NCBI GenBank assembly: GCA_012295275.1
Contig: CM022676.1
Location: 16,492,001-16,556,000 of the forward strand
From: Chrysomallon squamiferum
Lineage: Eukaryota > Animalia > Mollusca
DNA length: 64,000 nucleotides
Direction of reading: 5' to 3'
Position numbers and translations under genes: made by a program. The notes beneath the pieces were generated by a model that saw only the letters and a list, made by a program, of their open reading frames with translations, searched no databases and was not told the origin of the DNA. Of the stretch, positions 40,746-54,431 are shown in pieces (the stretch's first letter is position 1; every line of letters begins with the position of its first letter).

Positions 40746-41205
40746 GTTTTGCATCCATATTGTTTTAGTTTTAATTTGAACATTTGAAAACAAACTGTAC
40801 ACTTGATATTGGATATAAATTATGTTTATAACAATAATGATGATCTCCTTGTATTTATGTTTTGCTTTACTAGCTTTTACCAGGACTATTTTTAAAATAT
40901 TATATTATATTTAGTATGACATTTAAAATGTATTTAGTTGCCTTAGGATATCAAATTAAAATCAATTAGACTTCAAATGATGTAGTCATAACAAAATTAA
41001 TTAATAGTCTTACATTTCATTTACTTAGAATTGGTTTCTTTTCATTTTCACATTTATTTCCTTACGTCTGTCGTATTTTAAACCTTTATTTCAATATATT
41101 TTCTGTTTTGTAATACATATAACTTTATGGTATACTTGAAACATGTTTCAAACACTACTAGTTTGTATGGCATATCTGTGTTCAAATGAACACTTCTTGT
41201 TTCAG

Positions 41206-41319
41206 ATGACGAGTCTAATGAAAATTTGATAGCAGTGGCTGCTGGATCTGTATCAGCGATTCTCGTTTTAACTCTTTTTGTTGTCGCTATTGTCTTCATG
41301 TGCCATAGACTGAGAAGAG
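41206..41319 (+). CDS. Gene B transmembrane exon (DDESNENLIAVAAGSVSAILVLTLFVVAIVFMCHRLRR)
   Basis: tttcag/gttcgt; 114 nt; hydrophobic helix followed by basic residues. Confidence 0.92.
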
Positions 41320-41505
41320 GTTCGTACTGTTTCTTTTTGTTTTATTTTGAAATTACAAATGTGTGTCGTAGTGATTGTTCCTCTCTGTGTGTATATGTGT
41401 GACAGTGATCAATCGGAAAATGAGTATTAGTTAAACAGTTTGAGATAAATAGAAAACATATGCAATTTCATCATCATCAGCATCAATCTCATTATCCTCC
41501 TCCTC

Positions 41506-41600
<95 letters not shown>

Positions 41601-41750
41601 TAATGAAAATAAAATTAAAGGTATTTTTTTTTCAATTACCATTATTTAATATAACAAATGTTGTGATATTTTTTACCAGGTGATATCATAGTATTTTCTG
41701 TTTGTTTTGTGTGTTTGCTATTTCAATATCTGTAATATTTTTGTTTTTAG

Positions 41751-41784
41751 GAAATGCAAAAGATGAACATGTGCATGAAACAAG
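41751..41784 (+). CDS. Gene B cytoplasmic exon 1 (GNAKDEHVHETR)
   Basis: tttttag/gtaaca; 34 nt. Confidence 0.85.
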
Positions 41785-43175
41785 GTAACACTGACTCATA
41801 GTAGGAATTAATATATTTTATTATTTTTCTAACAGTGTATGTGTTGATGAATATGTCTTCATGTATAACAGTGACTGTACATTTTATTGCTTATAAATAA
41901 TGAATATATTTATTAGGGAAACGAAACGTTAAGATGTTCCTGATAAAATATCCTATCATGTTTTAATGTCAAAGGCGGTTATTTTTGTGTTGAAATGAAA
42001 CTTGTTGTTCTAAATAACGAACACGGTTCAGAGTTTCTATAACCAGTGAATCTGTAACAGTAAGTAATTCCCGATTGATGTCCCAAATATTTCTGTGTAG
42101 TAGCCTCTGGTTTATTGATAATCTAGGGAGAGATGACACATTCCGGTCTGGACGTAGGCCTCTCTCTCTCGCTAGGCAATACTGGGCTGTAGTCGTCAAT
42201 CTTGGTGAATTTTACACCACGCATCTTAAATGCGTTGATTGATTAATACATCTTTCTCTGAAGTCAGAAAACTGATCCTTGCAGATCCAGAATGTGTTAT
42301 ACTAAATATTTATAACCATATTCTGTAATGGTAATCTACCAGTAGGGGATTTTTCTGATATGATGTTTGCTGCTTTCAAAGTCCAATCTTGACCACCCAG
42401 TTTTCATTAAGAGAGTGAACGAAGCGGTGCATCACAAGTTAGATCCCTGTTTTCTGTTCAGACGATCCGCCTGTCTTGTAGCTGAATCCAATATCTTGAA
42501 TCTATTTGTTTCTCTTTGTATGTGTGTTTATTTGTGTATATTGTATGACCATTGTGTTTATATGTATATCTATCTGTGATGTGTGTATATGTCGCTATGT
42601 GATGTATGCTTTTCTTTCTGTCTGTATGTGATATGTATATGACGTCTGCCTCTGTTCTCCTCTTTGTCGTGTTTCACACAGAAATATTCAACTGTGCAAG
42701 AAAGCAATATCACATAAAATGACGAAATAAAATGAGTGTCACTTCAGTACAGATCGTGAAGAATGAGTGATTACATTTATTTCATGTAACATTATTCCTA
42801 TAAATAATGCAGATATAACCGAGATATTTTAATTAGTTGTCTGATAGTGTTTCCTTTATGTATGCATTATATATGTAAATATTTGTGTATGTTATGTCAT
42901 TATCCAACAATTCACAGTTACAGCATTCAGCAATTTGCTTTTACATAGATATTTATTTATTTTTATACATATTATTTTTCTTTCTGTTTCTTATGTGTAT
43001 CTTATTTTAATTGGTTGATCAATAACTGTATTGTTCTTATTATTGTTTTTGTTATTGCTCTTTTTGTTATTATTACAAAGAAATCACTTAATCTTTAATT
43101 GTGAGTAGTCTATAAATGTTATAATTAAAACTGAAAAAGCTACCACTTAGAACATGTGTCTCTTTCAAATCACAG

Positions 43176-43228
43176 GAACGTTTCTGAACCGCGGTCTCGA
43201 ACGTACGACAACCTTGCTTTTGAGCCTG
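43176..43228 (+). CDS. Gene B cytoplasmic exon 2 (NVSEPRSRTYDNLAFEP)
   Basis: aatcacag/gtaagt; 53 nt. Confidence 0.87.
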
Positions 43229-43904
43229 GTAAGTGCAATATTTTCTAAATGTTTATTAGAAGACGCCTTACTTTAATGAAAGCTGTTTAAATTATGCTCG
43301 TTCAATACATATTAAGACATCAGGAAAGAATGAATGAAGCTTCTAAAGGTAGTGATCAATGAACAAGAAAATAAGGGAGTATGAAACAGAATGGTGAAAA
43401 GTAATAATGAAATAATAATAATATAAAAAAGTCGTCATTGATATACTGGGCTAAGAACGTGTGAGTTATTTTGCATGACGTTAATGAGACAAGATCTAAT
43501 TTATATTATCTCCTCAGATACGCAAAGTTTAATATGTGTGAGTGATAAATACAGAGTGTTTATAAACTAATATTTGTGCAGTATGACAGCTTCTTTTATA
43601 AGCACCATAAACCAATTGCTATCTTTATAGCTGTGTAAATTAGAATCTGGTGATGTTAGGCGGTATATCGCGTTTGACATTTTTTTTCTCTGTGTCACTG
43701 CTGTTTTTTTATTTATTATTATTATTTATTTTTTATGTGCGTGTATGTAGATATATATGTATACACACATATATATTACTTTATTTAATAATCTGTTGTT
43801 GTTGTTGTTTTTTATTACTTCTACGTTTAATTGTTAATGTATGGCTTACTGTTTTTGAAACGAAACATAAATACGTATATATATATATTTTTTTTTTTTT
43901 GTAG

Positions 43905-43933
43905 GGAACAGTCCAGAACCGTATCTGTATTAA
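43905..43933 (+). CDS. Gene B last coding exon (GNSPEPYLY*)
   Basis: tttgtag acceptor; TAA at 43931-43933; an in-frame relic VLGVDDNGRTN* continues to 43969. Confidence 0.83.
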
Positions 43934-45059
43934 GTACTTGGTGTCGATGATAATGGACGAACTAATTAATGTATCTCATCGAAACACCTTATTATGTCAC
44001 TTTTATCACACACACATACACAAATAGACACCTATACACACAGATTTCCATATATAGGACACATATTATACCACCTATTCACCATTATTGAATTTTATTA
44101 TTCAGCAAAGCTAGTTAAATATGTATGTTTTTCCTTTTCATACAAGAACGCCTTTAGAGCCATTTAAAAAAAGTAATAATTGTATAATTTCGATACTCAT
44201 GTTATGTTTACATCAGGACAATATGTGTAGTATACAGTGTTTGTTGGTATATTTTATGTGCTACAATCACAGTCTAGTAAAATTGTGATTAACTGTGTCT
44301 ATTGTGATTCTGCTTAAAATATATCTAATAGAATTGTGATTAAGTGTGTCTAGTAAGATTCTCATTAAACAAAGTCTAGTACGAAAAATGTGTGGCGTTG
44401 ATTTTTTGTGCGGACACATGCACTAAACTCTCGGACTTGAGGATAGTAAATTATAGTGATGATGAGTTACTATCGCACAGAACAATACTTTCTAAAAAAG
44501 AGACTTGATTATTATCCACCGAACATAATGCAGTCTAGCAAATATGTTTATAGTTTTATTGTTTGTCGTCATAGCAAAATACAATTGAAAATAACATAGA
44601 ATAAAATAAAAATAAAAACTCAGTGATAAGCATTATAACAAATTTCCTTTCTTTACTTACTACAAGAGTTGTGTAACGACAGGCCACACAAATTTGCCTG
44701 TAACAGCAATGTGTCCTAAACATTTCCACAACAATCACATTTACAAAATGTTCTGAGCATCTTAATCCAGTTGTGCTTCTGGCATGGCTATCGTCTTCAA
44801 GTCGATGCTATTTAAATATCACCTCATCTAGCGGACGTCAAAACAATCAACTAAAGACTGAATTACATCCGAAATTACTATAACCTTAGACAGTCTTAAC
44901 ATTTCTGTAAACTTGACTGTAACAGGTTGTAGCTGTCAAATCACTGGTGAAAACAGGTCTATACAGTGATACTGAATTAGTTTGGTATAATCAGTTATAT
45001 GTTACACATATATCTGTATGACACATTTCTCTTAATAATCATCTACAACTACATCATTT

Positions 45060-45760
45060 AAAAATAAATAAACGTTTTATTAGAAATATGCAGTGAAACT
45101 TTAAACAAGGACGTATTTTTAGAATATATTCAGGATAAGTTTAAACAAAAACTTATAAGTAGAAAATATATGAAATAACTTTAAATGAAAACGTATTATT
45201 AGAAAATATACAGGATGGCTTTAAACAAAACACGTATTTCAGAAAATATACAGGATAAATTTAAACAAAAACACGTACTATTAAACATATGCTTTGAAAC
45301 TTCAAACAAAAGCGTCTTATTAGAAAATAGAAATGGTAATTTAAAAGAAAAAAACAAACGTATTATTAGAAAATATACAGTATATCTTTAAACAACAACG
45401 CATTAATGGAAATATGCTAGAACAACTTTAAACAAACACATATTATTAGAAACAAAAGAAAAAAAGAAACCAAAAAACAGAATGACTGAACAAAGCACGT
45501 ATTATTAGAAAATATACACGATAAATTTAAAAATGCGTATTATTAGAACATATACAGGGTAACTTTAAACAAAAACGTATAAGTAGAAAATATACACGAT
45601 AACTTTAAACAAAAACTTATTATGAGAAACATACAGTGATACTTAAACACAAATGTCATATTAGGAATATGTAGAGCAACATTAAATAAAAACGTGTTAT
45701 TAGAACTGTATGCGGTAACTTTAAACTAAAAAGATATTATTAGAAATAGCCACCTTTAAA
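45060..45760. repeat. Degenerate minisatellite, about 40-bp unit (AAACAAAAACGTATTATTAGAAAATATACAGGATAACTTT-like)
   Basis: tattattagaaaatata...ctttaaacaaaa recurs about every 40 nt, roughly 15-17 units. Confidence 0.8.
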
Positions 45761-47897
45761 TCGTGAAGTAACTAAAACTCGTTAATAACACACTGAAACA
45801 ATATAACAAGAAATGATTTGTTTTTATCCTTGATTATAATATTCATGGATGAATGTATGCAAGTGTAAACATACATACATACACACACACTCACACACGC
45901 TGTAAATGAAATCTTTGTTTCGTTAGGTGCATTTCTATTACGTATATTAACTACAGATATTTTATTAACGGATTAATATATATATATATATATATAACCT
46001 TGAAATTATCTAGTCTTTATGTATAAATTAGAGAAAAAACAAAAGAACGACAAATAATTAGATAGATATGTTTGAGTAATTATCATCAGTTAATAAGCTG
46101 TCATTAACTACCGATATATGCTAATACATAAAGTTCTGTTTGACCATCAGTAATACTATTTTACAGGAAAGTACGCGATGACGAAATTTTAAAGGCAATT
46201 TTTAAATTGTAAAGTTCCGTTAATTTGTGGTGAAGATATAGCGAGTTCAGTGTGACAAACTAAATCAGCTTTCAATTTTTTCCTGTCCGTGGACTTCTAT
46301 TTTTCAATCGATTTCTCTGTTTTCATCGACATCCGTAGAACTTTTCTATGTTTTCGGTTTCCACGTTGAGCTTAGAGTTCAGGCTCTGGCTCGGAATGTG
46401 TGTGTGTGTGCGTGTTTGTGTTATGATTGTGCGCGTGTAAGTTTATGAGTATTTTCAGTGTGATCGCCAGGCTGAGTATATTCACATACATATACAGATA
46501 TATAAAAACGATAGACATGTATGTGTATACAAATTAAAATGATATTAATGTTTAAATTTGATTTGTATAAATTAGTGTGTTAATACAATATCTATAGTTA
46601 ACATACGGAAACGAAATATGTCTAATGAAACACAAAGCTTCAAAGATAAATATGACAAACTCTATGTCTAGGAAGGATCAAGGTACGATGTTACTGTTCA
46701 CTGAAACTGAATTTCGGCTACTTCACTAATGTGTCGTTTGACTGAACTTTGGATTTCTCGTAGACAGACACAAGAATTAACAGTTGATGGGTTGTGTGTC
46801 TGAAATCACAGACATACTAAACAAAGACACACTGACTAAATACCGGTATTCACAATTCTTTTGTCAGTTTAAAACATATCAAATTTTATATACAATTGTT
46901 ACAGCCATTTTTTGTTTTATCATTGTATAAATTTACAGGTCATGAACTCTCCATAACAAATATTTACGTTTGTATAGGTTATATATATAGAGAGAATTGT
47001 TAAAGCCATTTATTGACAGGTCAAGAACTCTCTATAATAGACATTTACGTTTGTATAGGTTTCATATATATATCCTTTACTGCAGTCGATTATGCGCACC
47101 TGCGTATGTTTGTGCTACATTACTATTAGATTCTCCAAAGCATTTGTATTTATTGTCCGCTATTCATAGTGAGTTTTGAATCCTTGATCTGTTTTCTATT
47201 CGAGGTCGAATCTGAACAAAATTCTATGAACGGAACATTTCAAGTATTTTCTTTGCCTTGTTGTACGAAACTTACCTCGTCTTGTGAAAGAAGCATTTAG
47301 TATCAATCAATAGTTTACATATTTTTTTATCTCTCTTTGTGTAAGCAAAAACGTTTATATTGGACATTACAAATGATATTACGCGACAGAAATTTTGTTT
47401 TGTCTAGTTTATGTGCAGCGTGTGAAAGGTGTATCGCGAACGTTGGTCACACACTAGAAATAAAATATACAAAACAAAAATTATGTCGAGTAATGTCATT
47501 TATAATATCCAATATAAACGTCTTTGCTTCCAGAAATTTGGAGAAAAGGTTTATGAAAAACTTCTGTAGCAGCAGACACGTTTCAAAACTAACAGCTGTG
47601 TTTCGTCTCTTAAAACACAGAGAAAGGGATATACATGGTTCATGTAACTACTGTTATAAGAATATGGTATACAAAATGTCAGAGGTCACTTACAGACATA
47701 TAAAATGTATCTATATGTCATATCACGCACCGGCGTCACCCTTCACCTAACACGTTTCAAGAACAACAAGTCGAGTTGTATTAAGATTTAAACTCTAAAC
47801 TTCTTTTCTATATTTACGGTGATTGATTCATGGACTCTAAACGCGTTTCTGTAATTATTATTATATTTATTATTTTTTAATATTATTATTGTTATTG

Positions 47898-47956
<59 letters not shown>

Positions 47957-48173
47957 TCTTTGGTTGTTTGTATCGATCTTTTAAATCACTAATGTCAGAC
48001 GTTTTGTATTGTACTTTTCTTTTAAATATGAATATAATGTTTGGATGTCAGCCATGTTGTTGCACATTTTTTATGGCAATATTTTGAAGTAACCCAGCTC
48101 TAGAATAATCCAACGTTATATCGAAGAGAACAGTTCTTTGTGAATGTATGAGTGTCTTGTATGTGTGTATGCA

Positions 48174-48447
48174 CATCTGTGTGACAGAGTAGTAGTCTTT
48201 GACAGACATATTTTTAATCATAATTTTGTTTTCTGTGTAGTGAATTATATAATATTCACACAATCCTCATTTTTAAATGCACATTTAAAGCAGCATGTCT
48301 GCTACATTTTATAGCAATAAAGGCATGATATTGCAGTAATATTTATTGAGCTGTAGTGTACATTAGGTTTATAAATTCATATTCTTACGGTTCTTGAATG
48401 TTTAGCTGATTAGTGTCAGAAAATGGGGGCAACTACGGATCATTATG

Positions 48448-48488
<41 letters not shown>

Positions 48489-51400
48489 GATGATGATGAT
48501 GATTATTATTATTATTATCGTTACCATTATTATAATATTATTTATTTAATTATTATACTACTACTAGTAGCCCTATTATTATTATATTTATTATTATTAT
48601 TATTATTTTTTACTTATATATTTATTTGTTTCTTTAAATCATTGACGTCAGACATTTTGTATTTTATTTGTTGTTGTTATAAATATAAAATTATAAATTT
48701 AATATTTGGACCTCAGCCAACTGCTTTTGTATATATTTTATGGCAGTATTTGGACGTAAGCCAGCTCTACAATAATGGAAAGTTTCGTAGAAGAGAACAG
48801 TTCTGTGTGAATGTATGCATGTTTTCGTATGTGTGTAAGCGCATATAACAAATGAGAGATAAACAGAGAGATATATATTATTTGTCATTATATTTTACTT
48901 TCCGTGAGAATTTGTTACAACTTAACTAGATCTATATCTATACCTTTACGTTTTATACATTAAATATTTAATTCATACCTGAAATTCATGCCCTGTAAGT
49001 GACATCAACACCACATACACTGTTAGCAACAGCAGCAATCTAACCACCACATCGTGTACCATGATGTTTTGTCACCTTAAAACAAAATAATAAGAATAGT
49101 TTTAATTTTACTAGTTTAGTTTTTACTTTTATTCAAAACCAAAACTGATTATAATATTTACATTCAGTATTAGATTTTAGATTTAGACTTAGGATAATAT
49201 TTTATTGATATAATTTGTTTTGAATGTGGGATATGTTGTATTTTGTTCTTTCTGGCTTCAGTTGAAAAATACATTCATATTTATTTCTGAGTGGTAACTG
49301 CGTTTATTTGACATACTGCTTATTGATGTCCAGCAGAGCGGAATGTTTGACTGATTCAGAAAAGTATTCGAAAAACCAGTTTGTAATAAGCTGTTGGCAA
49401 ACATGGAGCTGTCCTACTTTGGCGTGTGATCTACAATTGAAAGGGCGATGATAAAGGAAATTTCAGTTGATAGTAGAGATGTGAAGTTATACTTTAACAG
49501 TATGATACAAATATAAGAACAGTATTTCCAGGCTACTTGGTCATTAAGAAATGTATAATAAAACGCCATTTTAAAATTATCTTCAAACAAAAATATAATT
49601 ATTTTCTCTGTGACTTGTTCAATGGTATATAAAGTGTTTTAAATGTAGACGCTGTGCCAAATAATTAAATACATAATTCAGATTCCTAATGACTGTAATT
49701 ATCTTTATTATTATTATTATTATTATTATTATTGTGACAGTCATTATTATTATTATTGTTCTTATTATCATTATTATTATTACTATTATTATCCATATTA
49801 CTATTATTGTTTGATTTTCACGGTAAACGAAGGGAAACCTGAGATCAAAGATTTGCTATTTAATTTTCTGAAATACTCTTCACCTTTGCCTCTTTTCATG
49901 ATTTCAATTTCCTGTGAATATAATTAATTGAATTTTAATGCCAAATACATTTTACTTGTGTTCAGTCCTGTCTAATAATAACAGAAGAAGAAGAAGAAGA
50001 AGAAGAAGAAGAAGAAGAAGAAGAAGAAAAAGAGCAAAAAGAATATAACATTTAACGATAATGTTTATGATTTAAATTTGCTGTGAATCTAATTCACAGA
50101 ATTTGAATATGTGATGTATTTCATTGGTGTGTCGATAAGCGATGTTCGTTCCAGTCTATTAATAACTCAAGAACATGAAGAAAACAACGCTCAAATAATT
50201 AGATTTATCTGATTACATTTATTATTTTTATCTTCATTTTATATAGTATATTATTGTTGTTGTTGTCTTTCTCGTTATTATTGTTATTCAGCTGTTAGTA
50301 TTATTTATCTTGAATGTTCATAAAGGTAAATGAATTTATATTTTCGTATTTATTTCTCCACTTAAGCGCTGAGATTGTATTAACAATACATTTTTCATAT
50401 CATAGTGAATAAGATCCGAGTATACCTCTGCGTTTTTCGAGCAGCAGTGACAGACTATTTTTATTTCACGTAAATAAGCAGCAAATGTGTACTTGCTATT
50501 TTGGTTATGCCAGTATCGTTTCAGCATCAATACATATCTGAAAAACGAAAATAGCGTTATCAAATCATACTTACGTAAGCCTTTAACGTTCGGTAACATA
50601 AAACAGACAAATATACATATAGAAGAACAGCAATTACCACTAATCTAAAACGGTCCTGTGTATACGAGAATCATCGAAACCGGAATGTACGAAACGCACA
50701 ATTTTCCTCCGAGAAATTTCATAAAAGTTATCGCCAGTCAATGTTTCACAAGTATAAACCATTATTATTTGTTTAGCTTGGACGAACAGTCGCTACATTT
50801 TAACATATTTAATGTCTGAATGTCCACGCTTTCATTAAATGTCAATCACAGCTAATCATTATCTTTTGTCTGTTTGTTCCTTTATGGATTCCAAAGCAGT
50901 CGTATCTCTATATAATCCTACAATGTGCACAGTTGGTTTAAGTTTACTCTGCGAGAAACAACTGATACAATTATTTACTTTTTCACATCTGTGTGACTTG
51001 TTAGTGAGTCTTTGACAGACATATTTGTATTCATAATTTTGTTTTCTGTCTAGTGAATTATATAATATTCTCACAATCCTTATTTTTAGATTCCCAAATA
51101 AACCAGAATGTCTGATACATTTCATATTATGTAAGGTATGATATTACAGTAATATTTATTGAGCTATAGTGTATATTAGGTTCATAAATTCATATTCCTA
51201 TGGTTATTCAATGTTTCGCTGATTAGTGTCAGAAAATGGGAGCAACTACAGGTCATTATGATTAAGATTATTATTATTATTATTATTATTATTATTTACT
51301 TATTTATTTCTCTGTTTGTATGTTTCTTTTTAGTCACTGCCGTCAGACATTTTGTATTTTATTTTTTTGTTATTATGAATATAATATTTGGACGTCAGCC

Positions 51401-51880
51401 AACTGTTTTTGTATATATTTTATTGTAATATTTGGAGGTAAGCCAGCTCTACAATAATGGAAAGCAATGTCAAAGAGAACAGTTCTGTGCGAATGTATGA
51501 ATGCTTTCTTTTTATGTGCGTAAGCGCATATAAGAAATGAGAGATAAACAGAGAGAGATACATTATGTTTCATTATATTTTACTTTCCGTGATAATTTGT
51601 TACAACTTAACTATATGCATATCTATCTATTAACGTTTTATATATTAAATATTTAATTCATACCTGAAATTCCTGCCTTGTAAGCGACACCAACACCGCA
51701 ACCATTGTTATCAACAGCAGCAATCTCACCACCACATCGTGTACCATGATGTTTTGTGGCTGCAACAAAATAATCAGAATAGTTTTAATCTTAGTGTTCA
51801 AGTCTTTACTTTTATTCAAAAGTAAAACTGATTATAATATATACGTTCAGTATAATATTTTTGATTTAGACTTAGGATAT
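48174..51880. repeat. Local direct duplication of about 0.9-1 kb (48174-49200 vs 50984-51880)
   Basis: Collinear shared strings (cacatctgtgtgac, gattagtgtcagaaaatgg, ccaccacatcgtgtaccatgatg, gatttagacttaggata). Confidence 0.8.
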
Positions 51881-51962
51881 ATTTTTTTATTATTCATTAC
51901 TGCCCCAGAAAACAACTGATAATATCTGAAACTGGGCCATGGATTATGGTTAATAATCATTA

Positions 51963-51996
<34 letters not shown>

Positions 51997-53183
51997 ATAT
52001 ATATATATTTTTTTACTTTTTTGTAAGCACATAAATATATAGCAATATAATCATAGTGTAAAGTTAAATACAAATACGAATTTAATAACAGATAGAGAGA
52101 CACAGAGAGGGACAGGTAGAGACAGAGACAAAGGGAGAGAGGACATATTATGAGGATGAATATATTAAAAACAAAGTATCGATAATGTAATATTGTTTAT
52201 GATAATGAGATGACGATGATGATAGTGATGATGATGATGATGAAACAAGTACAAGTACTAACCAAATAAAAAATGGTTTAACTCAAGGTACACAAAGTTA
52301 ATAAAAATAAATTAACAGACTCTCGAGTCACCTTTGTGGTCACTAGGCATAGAGTCAGAATCATGATCACTGAAATCCCAGCTGCCATTTTGTGGCTTAA
52401 TTTTATCTAAAATTGTACATTTGTCTACTTGTTATGAAACAGTTCTCCGTTAAAACATTACAGGTTACCTAAAGATAATGTGAAGATGCTCTCCTTTCCG
52501 AAATTTCGGTATACCAAGACGAACCTATGAAGTTAAATCTGCCAGGTGTCAATTATGCACTTGAGATAAAACTAGTGGACAAAGGTATATGTGAATGTTA
52601 TTTACCAGGATCAAATATGTTACTGTGGCTTAGATCACAGCAGACTATTCTAAGCAACTGTCACATGTCAATAAATTAACGTGTGTGTGTGTGTCTCTCT
52701 GTTTGCTAAGCTCTGTGCATGTCATTGTCTACATGTTTGTGTCTTTCTGTGTGTTTTTATATGCTTGCCAAAATTTATGATAAAATGTGCTGATGGAGAA
52801 AAGTAATCTAAATATATTCTGCATACTACTAAATTGGCTCATCGACTATTAGGACAATTCCACGGTTTCAAGATTCAGAAGGGTTTGATATCCTAGCAGC
52901 TGTCATGACTACTAAATGGGTTCCCCACAAATACTGTGTACTGCGTCTGATGATAAAAGCATTTTATTGCATGATCAAGATCATGATGCAATCTACTGAC
53001 TTATCTAAACATTCAGAACTATTAAAAATCAAACCGAAGTTTCCCAGGATTTACCACTGTTTTGTTATAGTAGTATCATGGTAATTCCCGTCATGAATGA
53101 GCTTTACCTCTCTGGAAAAGAGTTCAGTAGCAGACTGTACAGAACAACCTTTTTTGTTCTTTTTTCTTCTATTTTATTTACTA

Positions 53184-53273
<90 letters not shown>

Positions 53274-54031
53274 TTTTTTTTATTTGTTGTAAATAGTCAA
53301 GGAAATAAGCAAAAAGGCTATACTGAAAAATTATGTGTGATTATCAGGATCCTTGTGGTAATGAGCGAAAGCGCTTTTTCTACTAAATATATTTAATCAC
53401 AATAATTAAAATAAAGAATGTTTTTTCTTCTTCTTTTTTTTTTCTTTTTTTTTTTTAATCCACCTGTTCATAATACAGAAATGTTGAGACAGGAATCCCA
53501 TAATCTCACAATACCTCTAGTACTTTTGTTAGTAGCAATGAAACGATAGCATGCGCTTCACCACTATATAATAACACAGACCACAGATCACATTAAAAGA
53601 AAACAGATGAGATTGTGTTTTTAAAACTGTTGGACAATATAGTAGGAATTAAGAAGCTCTCGGTATTGTTCGTATTCTGCAAAGATCAAACAAATATCCA
53701 TTCATAATTTTAATAATCAATTAGCAAGAACAAAGAGAGAAGGGAGAGGATTATACTAAAATTCATATTCATTAATTGTTTAATAGTTAAGATTCAGCCT
53801 GCGCCTATACTGCGTATCGTAGTCACATTCAGTGCTATTCGGATCAATATCATGATTTTTGATCGTTGATGAACCAATTATTTATGTGTGTTTTATATTC
53901 AATAATCAAAATATATTTATATCTCAAATCCTGAATTCGCTTAAAAATGTAAGATAATTGATTGAATCAACATAGATTTTCATATTAGAATAGCCAAACA
54001 AATGAATCAGTGTTCACTTAATCTCTATCAC

Positions 54032-54067
<36 letters not shown>

Positions 54068-54346
54068 TCACACTTAAGCACACACTTTCCTTATATTAGT
54101 TTGGGTTTCTGAGAATACACAATGAGAAACTATTTTAAATAAATAAATAATTAAAGATAGACGTCATATTGGCAGATATATGCACACGGTATGTAAATTA
54201 GTCGATAAACAGACATGAATAACTAACATACGTACTTTGCCGTTATGTCACACTGACATACGCCACTTGTAAACTTGCAACGAGCTATGTATATAAAGAA
54301 ACGAATCAGGATGTAAATCACAGTAGTTGTGTTTGACCGAGACAAA

Positions 54347-54431
54347 ATGATCTGTACAGTCTTTATAAAAGAAGTGTTTTTCTTTCAGTGTATATGGATT
54401 TACTCATTTCTTATATCTACAGTCGTTTCAG
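54347..54431 (+). CDS. Candidate leader exon of gene C: MICTVFIKEVFFFQCIWIYSFLISTVVS| (ancestral ATG is GTG at 54374; in-frame ATG at 54347)
   Basis: Homologous to L1/L3, CAG|gtatgt donor, phase 1, TATATAAAG at 54290. Confidence 0.55.

Noticed and set aside
45060-45760. Regularly spaced repeats that could be mistaken for a CRISPR array (also 4135-4525)
   Set aside because: Contiguous degenerate units without unique spacers, no cas genes, and a eukaryotic context.
47337-47750. 137-aa ORF
   Set aside because: Non-ATG start, no recognisable domain, no splice support and no paralogous conservation.
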